A stretch of DNA of 47,999 nucleotides from Asterionella formosa (Eukaryota), in assembly GCA_002256025.1 (NCBI GenBank), contig NKIB01014054.1, positions 1-47,999 on the forward strand, read 5' to 3'. Shown piece by piece: positions 11,528 through 24,272 of the stretch. Each line of letters starts with the position of its first letter. Within the stretch, counting starts at the first letter, position 1. Under the pieces are notes generated by a model. That model was not told where the DNA came from, searched no databases, and saw only the letters and a program-made list of their open reading frames with translations. The position numbers and the translations under genes are program-made.

Positions 11528-12209
11528 GTGATGAATTTTGAGATTACCGATTTGTGAGCACACAGTGGCTGTGGTGTGGCCTCCATAATAACATTACCAG
11601 TACATATGACAATAGAAATAATATACCGCCGGAAATGCAGTAAGTACCGGTAAGTATCATGTTGCTAATATAGAAACTCAATTTTTTATTGGTAGTACCA
11701 GGTACCGGTACATGGGAGGTGATGACTGGATGGATGGATTAATTATAGCTATCATACACACGACATGATGGCAGAGGATGAATATCATGCGTGCGTGGTA
11801 AGTAGGAAACGGGCTAAAAGAGTACCCGGTATCCTTCATCATGGCAGTTACGGTATATTACCTCAGTGATATGTGTGTATACGTGTATTGACTTGTCCCA
11901 TATATCCAGGTATCATAGTTGAGCATTTTACAAACCAATGTACCGGTATACTGGTGTTCATTTCGAAAAGGTAGACTTGACATTATACCGGTACTTTTCT
12001 TATTCATGTCACATCAGCATGCAATCATAACCCAGCCTAGCTAGACAGTAACAGGGTACCTGGTACCAGGCACAAGCAGTTTCAAATATAGGCCGTTGAT
12101 GGGTTACAAGATGCCAGGTATTCCGTAAAGATGTAATAACAGCCTGTAAAAAACACATAATTATTGTTGAAGACAACAGAAAAACAGCCACCGAGCAAAG
12201 CAAACAACC

Positions 12210-12620
12210 AACTAATTAATAATAGATTCGGATAACTATCCTGACATTGCATCGTATGCACAGATGACAAGGTGGTGGATATCGCCAATGTCCCCAACAT
12301 TACTATTTACCCCAACCTAAGTTTTTTACAAGCATCCAGTGACTACAGCATCGCTGGTGAATTTTGCTTGCTTCAGGCCTTGGCATATCTTGCTACATCG
12401 CGAGATTTGGTTGATGTAAATTTCGGCATGGTTTTGGCGGGATGTAGTGCGACAGCAGCTCCAGTAAGTGAACTAATGGCACCGACACTAACATTGTATT
12501 TTGTCTTATCAATGGCGCCTATTGAGGCACCATCAATGACACGGACTCCAGTCAATACAGTTGGTGATACCATTGTTCCAATGGCTCCACCAGCGATTGG
12601 GATGCCCCCTCCAGAATTTC
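12210..12620 (-). pseudogene. Degraded glycine-zipper-like small protein
   Basis: GGGIPIAGGAIGTMVSPTVLTGVRVIDGASIGAI...VGAISSLTGAAVA, flanked by in-frame stops. No family recognised. Confidence 0.25.
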
Positions 12621-12988
12621 GTCACTTTCGCCGGAATCTCAGACCGTAACTCAACCAATGGCTCCCTTCTACACCGTCAAAGTCACCCTCAACTCGTAGG
12701 TCGTCGTCCACGAATGTATGTCGAGAATCATGTTTTTTGGCAGCAATGATTTCTGCCTCTGCCTTTGCTATCAGAATTCTGACTTAGTCATCATCGTTTG
12801 AGCACTATATCACTGTACTAAAATTAAACACCATGGGAAATTAATATAAGCATTGATTGCCTCTATAGTTCTGTTCAAGAAATTGGATATGTCTTTTTCT
12901 TAGACTAGCTAAACGGGTGCTTCAATCGTTAAAAAATTGTTTCTGTATCATTCTCAAAGACATATTAATTCAGTGGTATGGATTGAAA

Positions 12989-14392
12989 TTACTCGTCATC
13001 CTCACTATCGTCATCCAAGACCGCCGCCCGCTTCTTGACTGACTTTCTCGCTCGATTGACCAGATTGTTGTCGTCATCACTATCATCATCTCCTACACCA
13101 AACGTCATATCTTCTTCCGAATCATCTTGTTTTGCCTTTTTCTTCTTCATAGCAGCAAGTCGACTTTTATAATCCCCTTCTTCTTCACTTTCTTCTGAGG
13201 AGTCCCCATAATCTTCTGAATCCTCCTCCTCTCGTCCCCGTTTCTTGAGTTTCTTAATATCAATTGAATCATAATTTCCATCCTCATCATCATATTCCTC
13301 GTTCAAGTATCTTCGATTCATTCCAGGGGCCCGTCTACCACCGCCGCCACTTTTGTGTTTTCGTGCAGAAGTGGCCTTGTCAAAATCACTCTTGATTTTA
13401 ATTTTTTCCTCCTTTGCCTTTTCTGGATCTTCTTGTGTTACATATTCAGCAATCCGAGCTTTCTTGATGGTCTTTTGACGGACTGCGACAGTCAGATTCT
13501 TATGAGCTTCCGATTGCAACGAGGAAGGACGAGCAGAAAATTTACTTTGAATGGTAGCAACACATTCCAATACAGTTCCACCTGGTTCGACATTGTTTTT
13601 TACATTTTGCTCATCTGCAACGAATTCCGCCGTTTGCGACAAGTACAAATATCCATTCAATCCAGCAAATCCATTTTGTTTGGAACTGTCATGTGAATCG
13701 AGTTCCAGTACTTCATGTTTCCCAATATGAAGTGTATAAGACACTTTAGGAGGTGTGACTGAGTCATCTTGCCATTTAACAATGTGTGTGTTTGTTTCTC
13801 GTTGAAGCACTCCCGTGGTATCGTCTCGTACGTGTTTTCCTGCGTGTGTCTTGTACCTCCATCGAATCATGTTATGTACAAAGCCTTTGTATTCTGCTTC
13901 TTCTTGCTTCGCACTGTAGGTGTCGGCGTCAAAGGCGGTGGGTTGAATCCCCACCAAATTGGGCAACTTGGTCATGTGGACAGTTTTATGGTTCAGATCC
14001 AGTCGCGGGGGTGCTTCCAGCACGACCATGTGCTTGGAGTGCGGCGGTTTTGTGGGAACCGACGAGGATATCTTTCGTTCCGCCGTCCCGACAATCCCAT
14101 CCTGTTCGACATCGAACTCTTTGTCGTCGTCATCTTCATTGTAGCCGTCTGTTGTTGCCGCTGTTCCCGTTGCGGGGTCCTCCGAATCTGATTCGTCGTC
14201 GAAAATCGTCTTTTTGGCGGTCGTTTTCGAAGGCGCGGACGAGGGACTCGTGCTGTCATCGTCGCTATCGACCTTTCCATCAATGCGGTCGTTCTTGCTG
14301 CCCACGTTGTTGCTGTTCCTGATGCTTGTTCCAGCAGCAACATTCTCATCGTCCGAAGAAGACTCCTCGTCAAAGAGGGCAGCAGTGGACAT
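12989..14392 (-). CDS. LEO1: PAF1 complex subunit Leo1
   Basis: Acidic N- and C-termini around the Leo1 core KLPNLVGIQPTAFDADTY...NMIRWRY...ETNTHIVKWQD...YTLHIG, followed by RPSSLQSEAHK and DPEKAKEE. Confidence 0.9.
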   Translation of the reverse strand: MSTAALFDEESSSDDENVAAGTSIRNSNNVGSKNDRIDGKVDSDDDSTSPSSAPSKTTAKKTIFDDESDSEDPATGTAATTDGYNEDDDDKEFDVEQDGIVGTAERKISSSVPTKPPHSKHMVVLEAPPRLDLNHKTVHMTKLPNLVGIQPTAFDADTYSAKQEEAEYKGFVHNMIRWRYKTHAGKHVRDDTTGVLQRETNTHIVKWQDDSVTPPKVSYTLHIGKHEVLELDSHDSSKQNGFAGLNGYLYLSQTAEFVADEQNVKNNVEPGGTVLECVATIQSKFSARPSSLQSEAHKNLTVAVRQKTIKKARIAEYVTQEDPEKAKEEKIKIKSDFDKATSARKHKSGGGGRRAPGMNRRYLNEEYDDEDGNYDSIDIKKLKKRGREEEDSEDYGDSSEESEEEGDYKSRLAAMKKKKAKQDDSEEDMTFGVGDDDSDDDNNLVNRARKSVKKRAAVLDDDSEDDE

Positions 14393-14702
14393 GGCTGAGG
14401 CTTTTAGATTTCTACGGAGTGACGCTTCTGGATGCTTGCTAGTATATCGTCAGCAATCATTGTTCCTAAAAATCGTTGACATGCTTCATCATCATGGGGC
14501 TTGGCTGGATCCTCCTCCCTCGTCGTCGTCGAATCAGGTGATGCGGGCGCCAAGGAGCAGCCAAAACTAGGGAATCAGGTTACAAATAAATGCACAATTC
14601 CTGATTCCAAAGGCATATCCGGGTTTTGTACGCCGGGCTGGAACCGGTGTGGTACCTTTCCAGTGCTGGTATAGTTATTAGGGAGAGTACTCCGGGGAAG
14701 TA

Positions 14703-16450
14703 CCGGTTATAAATGGCTTTGAGCCACGTTCTTATTTCCTTTTCCGACTAATTCTAGATTTATGCTAAAATCAATCCCCTCTGTCGCCCTTTGGCACGAT
14801 ATTAGTTACCGGTAGTTCATTAAGCTACATGAGAATTAAATCATTTTTTACTTGATCGCATATTTGCTGAGATATATCCAATTTAAAAGTGACAAAAACG
14901 GCTGAAGTGGCTCAAAGCCATTGATTGAAATTTTATCACACATGTAGATATTTTTATAGGCGACGGTTAGAAAATATTATATTTTTAACATGTTTTTTCG
15001 CAGCCAGTAGCTGCATCTTTCCTCAACTGGTGGTGTCATTCCAATTTGATCTTGTTGGTTCCATCAAAGACTCCTTGCATTTTTTCGCAGTAGTTATAGT
15101 CATGGCATCATTCTTCGACTCCTGGTTCTTGGTGGTCCTCCCATCATATCTTATCATGTAATAGGAGTGACCAAAAGGTCAGGAAGTGGTGCTGTCACAG
15201 TTGCAACTGGTACAGCAGCATTGCCATGCCTCACAGTGTCATGGCATCTGGAAAGGAGAAGTTACTTTGTTGTTGTTGTTAATGGAAGCAAGATCGCCTG
15301 CTCGCTTGTACCACAATGCCATTGCTTTCGTTTGCACCACCACTGTCCACTCTGCTGACTGTTTCTTTAGTGTTCTGATTGCATAAACCTCGTTTTCATG
15401 TGCTGTGTGGGCATCTATTTCCCGATTCTCTTGCTCACTCTGTCCTTCTTTTCCATGCCTCTTCCTTTCAGCTAGTCATCGACCACTGCAGGATCTAACA
15501 AGCAAGTAACTGCCCACACCGACATGGAGACCGGCTGTGTATCGTTTACTGCTTGCAGTTGCCTTGAGTGTTTTTTTGTTGGCACTGGTGGGCAAGTTTT
15601 TCCAGATTTATTCCATTTCTAGCATCCTCGTGAATGCGATACTGTACAACCTAATCAACTAGCGTTCGAGTGATACCTTGGCACAAGTTTAGTCCAGATG
15701 GGGGAATGAAGAGACTGGTTGATTATTGTTTGCTTCTGCTTGCAGATTCAATACTTATCAGTTGAATTTCCGGATGGAGCTACAAGTTGTAGTTCTATGA
15801 ACCCAACCTTGTTCAACAATAGCTTTTTGGTTTGTAGCGAAACGGGCAAAGAATTCATCCCAAGTCTCTGAAACCAGATCAACAAAGTCATCCATTTCAA
15901 CAGCAAATGCAGCACGGCGCCTTTCCTTTTGATTGAGTAAGTCTCTCTTGCATTTTGTGAGTTGGGGTGAATTTTTAAGTTTGGGTAGGGGAGGAATTGA
16001 TGAGGTATGTCCTGCCAATGACGGTGAATCATTTAGTGTCATAGCTAGTAGCAGGCAATTGTACTAGTGAAATAGTTGCCTTTCCCGCCTGATTTAGCTT
16101 TTGCAAAGGTACTGGACTTTAGGTTTTGTTACTAGCAAAGCCAGTGTAGCCGCCTTCGATGCAACAATATTTGATATTGCACCATATAGTATTTTGCCAT
16201 TGTTATTTGCCTTCAAGTTTCTAATTCGATAATTATATTTTCTTTAAAAAGTGACACTACAGTCTTATCCAAAGAAACAGATATCACCTTGTACTTTTTT
16301 GGTGGTTGATGTTTTTACTTGCTGTTGGTTTCATTGTTATTAATGAGATGACTGCGATTTGCTTCATTTTTTGGTGTTTCGGAAGCAATTTTTGCTGTGA
16401 ATTATGGTCTCTGACATGAAAATGTGGCTCCATATTTTGGCCTTCATTAA
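14703..16450 (-). mobile_element. Degraded, internally deleted pogo/Tc1-mariner-like DNA transposon
   Basis: Minus-strand remnants LKANNNGKILYGAISNIV (N-terminal), LVSETWDEFFARFATNQKAIVEQGW..NYNL*LHPEI, LNLCQG and EWTVVVQTKAMALWYKRAGD resemble diatom pogo-type transposases. Candidate end TA|CCGGTTATAAATGGCTTTGAGCCAC at 14703, with a perfect inverted copy of its inner 16 bp (14712-14727 vs 14907-14922). The other TIR was not found. Confidence 0.55.
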
Positions 16451-16962
16451 ATATTGCATTATTTTGTTAAGAGTGACTAATTGAGATAAAGATAGCCAAA
16501 TCTTTAGTTAAATTACTGCAACTTGCTCTGTTACTGGTAATACTGCCAGCTTAAGTAACTCCTATGCAAATTGGTACATATAGTGAGGGCCCATAGCACT
16601 TTGGCAATCCTCAACAAAACAACAAAATTTACCGGTATTTAGTATACTGGTATGTGTATTGTAAATAAAACTAGTCACCCTTGTTGAATTGGCAATCCCT
16701 GATGGAGCCGAGGGCCTAACGTTTATACTCAGGTACATCTTATTACTGGTATGCATTCCAGAAATATTTCTTTTCTTCGTAGTTTTGGCAAATCTGTATC
16801 CTTTCCTGTCCTCAAGAGACTTCTATATTGCATGATACCTGTGTTCACATACATTGGGTACTATCGATATAAATTAACCCCAAAAAGCTCTCTCCATCAA
16901 TAAAATGCAGAGTGCAGCCATTGCGTGCCCAACGTTGCTTGTGTATAAACGATGAGCACTGT

Positions 16963-17200
16963 CTGTAGACGAAAGTATAGACAACTGGTTGTTAGCATCA
17001 TTGTCCTATACCACAACATAAATATAGTGTCTCCTAGCCGGTCATGCTTCAGTTCGATCAATTATTGAATCAACAATGTAAGGTTTTTGAAAAATACCGT
17101 TACTCTGACCTCAGGATAGAATAATGGTTTGTCATCATTTGCATGCTTCTGTTGTAAAGTGCGCTTTCGTAATAATGTAACGACAACACAAACGACTTAC
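16963..17200 (-). other. Spliceosomal intron of a putative non-coding snoRNA host gene
   Basis: Donor GTAAGT at 17200, branch point GCTAAC at 16996-16991, acceptor CTACAG ending 16963. The flanking exons contain only very short ORFs. Confidence 0.6.
17043..17145 (-). ncRNA. Intronic C/D-box snoRNA
   Basis: On the minus strand: box C ATGATGA (17138-17132), D' CTGA (17114-17111), box D CTGA (17052-17049) and a terminal stem CATGC/GCATG. It lies inside a GTAAGT...GCTAAC...CTACAG intron. Confidence 0.75.
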
Positions 17201-17954
17201 ACACATTTACATTTCGGTTTCTTGATGTTGTATCCTCCTTGCTCTAAGGTGTGGTATTATTTGCAGTAAGGAAGACAATGACATGCTAGTATTTATGATG
17301 ATTGAGAGAGGAAGATGAGGAGAAGGTGTATCCGACGAGGAGTTTCAATTTTGAAAGCACCTTTCGGAATGTTGTGAATGCCGCTGTGCATGCGATTTTT
17401 TGTGGACCACACGAAAAATAATACGAGCCGTAGACATACAAAATCATACGCGTGTGGAGTGCTCGAGGAATGGCAAAGGCTGGCCGCTATGATCTCTCCA
17501 TGACCACGCAATACATACATTCGGACTGTAGAGGTACGTCGACCGCTTATTCAATCCTCTCTAGATGCGGTATACCAGTAGATTTACAGTATCATATGAA
17601 ATGTGCGTGTTCTTGTTATAATCTCTATTCTTATTACAATATATATGGATATTATTTTGTGATCTAAATTCGAGTCAAAATAATATACAGCCTTTTATAA
17701 ATAAGTTAAACCTGGCATTTCTCAAGGTACACTACCGGTAAGTATGTATCATATATTACCGGCAGCTATATTTTAGCTATTTGTAATCAAGAGAACGAGA
17801 GAGCAAGACGACAATTATAACAAAGAACAACACCAATATAAAACACATGTACAGGTATTTTCATAAAATAAAAGCAAAAACGAGACAACGAGAGGGGAGC
17901 ATAAAACAATTCGCCTTGTCCATCACACACATTTCGCATGAGTACGGAAAGAGA

Positions 17955-18503
17955 ATGGATCCACCAACAACTACTACGACGACACTAGTAACATCTGGGG
18001 AATCTACCATTGACTCTGCTGACAACAACGATTCTGACGTCGACGAGGAACCAGACTGCAGCAACATCAATGTTGATGCGCTATTTTATAATGATAAATT
18101 AGATGATCAAGATGAAGCGTGGGTACATGCGAATTTGATGCGATCCACTAACCTGCAACAGGCAGTAACACTCAAACCTCGCACCTCCGATGCGGTCTTG
18201 TCATGTCCATGTTGCTTTACTATTGTTTGTATGGATTGTCAACAACATGAAAGGTACCAAACGCAATTCAGGGCCATGTTTGTAATGAATATTGGTGTTG
18301 ACTGGTCATTACCATTGGTATACAGTGATGTGAGTAAACAATTAGTGGAAAAGAAAGAATCACACAATGCTAATATTGTCGCTCTACCTACTGAAGAGGA
18401 AATATATTACTCAGTCCATTGTGATGCTTGTAAAACACAAGTTGCAGCATTGAATATAACAGATGAAGTGTATCACTTTTTTGCTTGCCTTGCATCAGCA
18501 TGA
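17955..18503 (+). CDS. EAPP: E2F-associated phosphoprotein (Eapp_C domain)
   Basis: LFYNDKLDDQDEAWV, SDAVLSCPCCFTIVCMDCQQHERYQTQFRAMFVMN, YYSVHCDACKTQVA and DEVYHFF. Likely ATG at 17955; the ORF is open from 17847. Confidence 0.9.
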   Translation: MDPPTTTTTTLVTSGESTIDSADNNDSDVDEEPDCSNINVDALFYNDKLDDQDEAWVHANLMRSTNLQQAVTLKPRTSDAVLSCPCCFTIVCMDCQQHERYQTQFRAMFVMNIGVDWSLPLVYSDVSKQLVEKKESHNANIVALPTEEEIYYSVHCDACKTQVAALNITDEVYHFFACLASA

Positions 18504-19204
18504 ATTGTTATGGGGCTCCATGATAACTCCATAATTTTGTCACTTGATCATTTTCTTGATTGTCACTGAATGTAGGCATCAACTAAGACTCTATTTCGCG
18601 ACAAAATTGTATGTGTGATGCCTCATTCCTAATGGCAATTTACGCAAAGTAGATCCTCCTGTCAAAAGAAAATGGATTGCAGTTCTTTGGTACACTGATT
18701 GCACTCTTGGGTGATGGAAAGTCCAGACTTTGTCAATTTTATTAATGGCTAATGTTACAGAAATTTTAATATTGGACAGTGTGTACTATAAATGTGTACA
18801 GATGCATCTACTACTATAGCAATAGTTTTCCACAAGGTTAATTTGGCTTGTATCAGGAATCATCCCTTCTTTCCAACTCTTGCCTGAAAGTGGTATGTGA
18901 ATTTGCTTTCAAATAAGGTATGAGTTTTGGATGCACATATATCAAGTTGTAGATTTATTGATCTGTATGTCATTTCTGATTGCGCAACAATATCCCCAGT
19001 AGTACCACCTTGATGGAAGAATTATTCAAAGTCACATTGTCTCATTTCCTGCCTTTTTGAAGTGAGCTTTGAGAGTTACCTATCTTCAAACCATCCACAT
19101 GCCAGAGTATAGTGCATTGGTTTCCATTGAAAATTTATTCATGAAACATGAATCATATGGAGTAATAATATAGCCCCATTTCTCCAGCTCAGATGTTATC
19201 GTGC

Positions 19205-19500
19205 ATATCATAGAGTTCTAGCACCTGCGCAAACTTTTCGATATATTTGAGCCATTGCAAAGGCAAGGCAACAAATTCCTGCCCACAAACCCAACAGTGA
19301 AAAATTCTGTTCCATCCTTTATGATGATGGCCTTGATGGTCTCCAATGGCTTGCCCAAGATATCCTCCACAACAGCCAGCTTGAACCTGATCACATCATC
19401 TGTCTTCAGCTCCTTCCCACAGCTTTCATGTTACTCACATGAGCGCCCATTGTTGGGAACATTCCTACCAAGCAATTCTACAGTGCGGCAACCATTAATT
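19205..19500 (-). pseudogene. Remnant of a stramenopile transposon-associated GRSC(E)EH-type domain protein
   Basis: VELLGRNVPNNGRSCE*HESCGKELKTDDVIRFK...IKAIIIKDGTEFFTVGFVGR...FAQVLELYD, with a stop and a frameshift. The association with transposons is recalled, not verified. Confidence 0.4.
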
Positions 19501-20614
19501 TTTGTTGATCTTGTTGTTGAAATGATTCCTGGTAATATAAAATATTAAGTGGTGTAGCACCGATAGTATCGTTATTTATAAAATGGTAGCATCACTCAAT
19601 TTCCGCCACTGAAATCAGAATTATAGCATCTTAATTTGTTCATGTCTAGAAAATTATTTGGTGTTTTGTTTCACGTCAAGAAAAATGTACAGGGGAAGGG
19701 GTCCAGGACACTGAAGTATAGTACATGGCTGGTAGTCAAGCTTGGTTCCTATGGTGTTAGTAGTATGAGGGATGATAGTGTTGGAGATGCCTAAGTTTTT
19801 CAACAACCAGAGCACACTCTATTATATCATTTCAGTTATCATCCTGTCAGGCATCTACTTAAATGGTAGCATGTTATAGACACATTGCTACTGTTCCTTT
19901 GTACTGCATAGGTGGAGCCTTTCCAATTCGGGCACATGCTTGTCATTAGAAACTGTGTTATAGTAAAATTATGTAGCAGCAAGGAATCCTATGGTAGTAA
20001 ACCTACAAAAACTTCCGAGTTCTCTTCAAAAAGCAGCCATCACCATGGCAAAAGATGCGACATAAACTACACGCAAATGCAGTTCCATAGCAGCAAAAGG
20101 CGGCAAAGCAATCAAAGGAAAAATGCAAAAGGTCGCTCAAATCAACGCATCTAACTAAGACAGAAGTGATGAGGTCGAAGGAGCAATAATTTCAAAGAAA
20201 GAAGAGTCTGCTATCAAACTGGCGCACCCTAAAGATACTGCCAGCAAATACAATTTGAAAAGGACAAGAAACATTATACCATGTAGAACAACAACAAGAT
20301 CCAGCATTCGCTTCACTTCTAAAGGAAGAAAATCGGGCAAGCACAGCAATTATTATATTAGAAGAATTCTCCAAAAAGAAGCAAAAAAGCGCCATCACCA
20401 TGGCAAATAAAAAATCGCTGGGGTTTTGTTGCAATGATACCAGCACCACAAAGGCATCATATTCAACATGGCGCAACGCAACAAAGGCGCTAAAAGGAAG
20501 TGATTTATGTTGTCAAAATCGGAAAAGGGAAACAGCACGCAATTACAAGGACAAGAAAGAGATAATACAACAAGAAATAACAGCAGATCTAGCGTTTGTG
20601 TCGATTATCAAGGT

Positions 20615-21180
20615 CAGAAAACTTCATTATATGTGGGAACACAGGATGTCGATATGGAGATAGAAGCGGCGCCTCCCGGAGCACCAGGGGATCCATCAGA
20701 ATTGTACATCCAGCAGAGAGATCCGTTCCAATTGCCACAGAGAGAAAGAGAGTTGAATTCAATCCAGCAAGGAGAGGAAACAGCAAAAATTAGTACACCC
20801 AGCGTAAACTCATTATATAAGGGAACAATTGATATTGACAGTGTGATCTAAGAGGCGCCTCCCAACGCACCAGTGAACCCAACAACATTAAGCTTCCAGC
20901 AGAATGATAGGAATGAATCTCCACAGAATGAACGAGAGTTGAATTCAATCCTGAATGGAAAGAAAACGGCAAACATATTGACAACCAGTGGAAAGACATT
21001 AGATACAGGAACAATTGGCTGATAATAACATGATGGAGAATGACAAGGCGCCTCAAGGCTTACAAGTGAACCTCTCAGCAATAAGCATCAAGCAGAGTAA
21101 ATGTATTAACTTGCCATGGAAAGAACAAGAGTTGAATTCTATCCTGAAAGGAAAGAAAACGGCAAATATAACAACACCGG
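20615..21180 (+). repeat. Three diverged ~186-193-bp tandem repeats (~62-aa units) within a decayed ORF
   Basis: Anchor GAGTTGAATTC at 20750, 20936 and 21129. Units read (E/A/K)AP....P....QQ.....P..E(R/Q)ELNSI..G..TA.I; stops and a frameshift are present. Confidence 0.85.
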
Positions 21181-22862
21181 CTCCAACGTCTGCAAAGCAG
21201 GCACAGTGGAATACCGGACTATCAATAGAGAAGCTACACATCCATGCAAACGAAGGTATGCATCTTCCATCAAAGATTTCGAAACCATTCGATATCAAAG
21301 CACAAAAATACATTAAGACAGGACCAACTATCGCCCAAAACAACAGCACATCAGTGTGACCATGTCTTTTGACACAAAAAAGAAACTAAGATCAACTTTT
21401 TCTTCACAGGTCCATATGATCAGTAAAGCAGTAATTTTGAAACCACATTTTATGTATAGTATTCTTTCGACCTGTTTGTTAGTGGTGAGCAAAGACCTCC
21501 TGTTGGTTTTGGAGCATTTCCACAGGCTCAAATTTAACATGTGTTGAGATCATCATGGAGAAATCGTTCAAAAACATGACAATGTCACCACTGACTACCC
21601 ACCATCTGTAATAGTACCATAAGTATCATGGCACCACCTTGCCACTCTTTCTCACATTTATCTCTATAATGACATTGCTTGCCACACATCTGGCAAGGAA
21701 TATGTGACTTGTATGTACTCCCACTGCCTGAGTTTAGTAGTTGACTGTTGTTATATCATATATCATGTTGGTATCAATTCAAACAACATGCATAACTTCT
21801 TTAGCTAAAATAACATAGCTACAAAATACATATACTGGTATGTACATATATGTATTTAACTGCCTGATATTGGTACAAATACAAATTACCATGGGTGTGA
21901 ATACCAACTAGGTATGCACTGCATGTACGCAATTCCTGTTCCAGATATTGTCTTGCCATTTGGTTTCTTCTAAGTAATTTTTAGGCTCTAAGTAATTTCT
22001 TAGGTAATTTTTATTAAGGGGCAATATGGGGCACATCGAACTTTTCGGCATTAAAATTGCAGATTTTGGCATGACAGTTAGAATAACGGTAATATACATA
22101 GAAATGGCAAAACAAGCGTTAAACACATGAGAACGATTGTAACATGCAATATCAATGAAAATTGAACGTGATGTTTGGAGCAACCAACGTATGTTATCCA
22201 ACAATGTAAAAAGTAGCATCATATGAGAAATAGAAAATATTGTTTTGGGTTAGAAATTCTGTAAAAATATGAGTTTCAGTGGAGATATATGCATTGTATT
22301 ACTTACACAGGCAACATTGACTTTCCATCACACAACCGAAGAGCGAAATAAAACAGATAAGAAGAAAAAGCTCAACCCAATTGAGATCTGCATCGTGATG
22401 TAGCGTAGATGATCTATGGTTGCTGCAATCATGAACATTAGCCAGACACAAGTAGCAGGCCTTCCGCCCTACAAGGGTACCTGGTAGAATGCAGTACTGA
22501 TAGTTAAATGATATGTAACCATGTCAAAGCCAATAATCTTACTTAGTTCATAAGAAGAAACCCAGTACCAGTTTACCTACTGGTAAGCTATGGTACCAAT
22601 TCTCCTCATTGAGCTCATTTGATCCTTTACCTCCTATGTATCTTCTCCAAGTCTTCTTCATCATCTTTGAATACTGGCACCAGTACCGTAGCCTAGTTCA
22701 TGACATTTCATCGTCACGCTGCATGCTACATAGGAGATATAATCAGCACATACATAATATAATAGTTAGTGAGCTACTATAGTTTTGTAGCTGTAAATTA
22801 GGTACCAGTAATCTACAAAACTTCGAACAGGTATGATCAAAATTGTATTGTTTATTCCAGTC

Positions 22863-22957
22863 AGCGTATTATCGCTTTATGTAATCTGCAGGCAATCTAT
22901 TTTTGTTTGATCTAGTAAGCGCATTATCGATTTATGTAATCTGAAGGCAATCTATTT
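22863..22957. repeat. 40-bp direct duplication, 55-bp period
   Basis: AGCGTATTATCGCTTTATGTAATCTGCAGGCAATCTATTT (22863) and AGCGCATTATCGATTTATGTAATCTGAAGGCAATCTATTT (22918). Confidence 0.85.
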
Positions 22958-23021
22958 ACGTTGCTCATTCTTTATAGGAATAACTTGCTCAGCTGGTCGA
23001 CAAGAATCAATAGGAAGATAT

Positions 23022-23755
23022 TTAAATAAACCACAATCGAATCATCCAAAAAAGCAAAAACAGTACCGAGGACAGCACTGCAATGACGTCCTCAAGATGA
23101 TGCCAGTGATCAGTGACTCGACTCCAGGCAATATAGATGGCCAAGACCATGGGACTCCAAGACAGCAAATGTAACGGCGTCTTTTGTAAAATTCGCGTCA
23201 GCTCCAATGATACGCGCACCATGGTGGTGAAGGAGAGACTGGCATGGCCTGATGGGAACGACATGAATGCATCCCGCACTTGTCGTGGATGTAAGTCTTT
23301 TGTACATTTCTTGGTCTTTATATCAAAACCCAATCTATCGTATGTGTGAGGCCCGGGGTCGAGCACAGCGCAACTTGAGAAAATCGGTGACGAACCCAGT
23401 TGAATGAAATAGAGTACAAAGCCTCGCATACTCGAAACACTTGGGTCCGTCTTTTAGTCCCAGACCAGACAAAGAACACAGCAGGAGCCATGCCACAGAG
23501 AACAAGCAACGCCCAGTTTGGGAATGTTTCTTCGATGTCTTTATGATTCAGTTTGCCATATTCTTTCTCACTTCCACCTGATGTATCGATCGGAATTTTG
23601 GGAACTTCCTTGCCTTGTCGACTAAGCATCACAACAAGCTTGCTGGAAGAAAGCAAAATCAAACAGAACAAGAAGCTTGGAAGAGCCTTGAAGAAAGAGC
23701 GCAAAAACGAAACGATGTCGACACATATGTCACATTTGATTTCGAAGGCTGCCAT
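23022..23755 (-). pseudogene. PAP2 / lipid phosphate phosphatase pseudogene
   Basis: C1 motif TDFLKLRCARPR(P) lies in a third frame; C2 SFPSGHAS and C3 SRVTDHWHHLEDV are present. At least three frameshifts (~23400, ~23352, ~23078). Confidence 0.8.
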
Positions 23756-24272
23756 GATACGTTGCATTGCTTTTTTGTTTCACCAAAAGAATTTATGTAA
23801 TGTCGCTGAGCGATGTCATGATAAAACGAGCGAACATCGACTAGGGTCGACAAGAAATATTGGTATGTAGCGGTACGTACATACCGGTACATAGCTGGTA
23901 CCTTCCTGATGGTCCCTAAACTCAGATTCCTTTTGGAGAGGTATTTGTATTTGCCGGGAGTCAATGAATCTCGTTGACCCGTCGTCGTTGTTGGCCAAAT
24001 GACAAAGAACATTTTTCGCAGCTCCTCAGTGGAGCAAGCGGGAAGTGTTCTGATTGCTATCACCGTGATCAGAACTCCGAGTATCCCTGGTATATCACCA
24101 TCAAGATTCCGTTCCCTCATGTGCTTCCACCTGGAATCTTTTTTCTACGTGGAAAATAAACTAGTGACGTAGACGATTACGTGTTTTCAGCACCTTTTAT
24201 CAGGATCCGAGGCAGCTTGAAAAAAAAAATACATAAAAAGAAAGATTATATATAGGTATTCACTTTTTATTC

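Noticed and set aside
5403..14570. Many short ORFs antisense to or overlapping URB1 and LEO1
   Set aside because: Shadow ORFs of real genes with no independent motifs.
22014..22300. TTAA|GGGGCAATATGGGGCAC, a possible further Kolobok-like end
   Set aside because: No partner TIR or coding remnant in the window.
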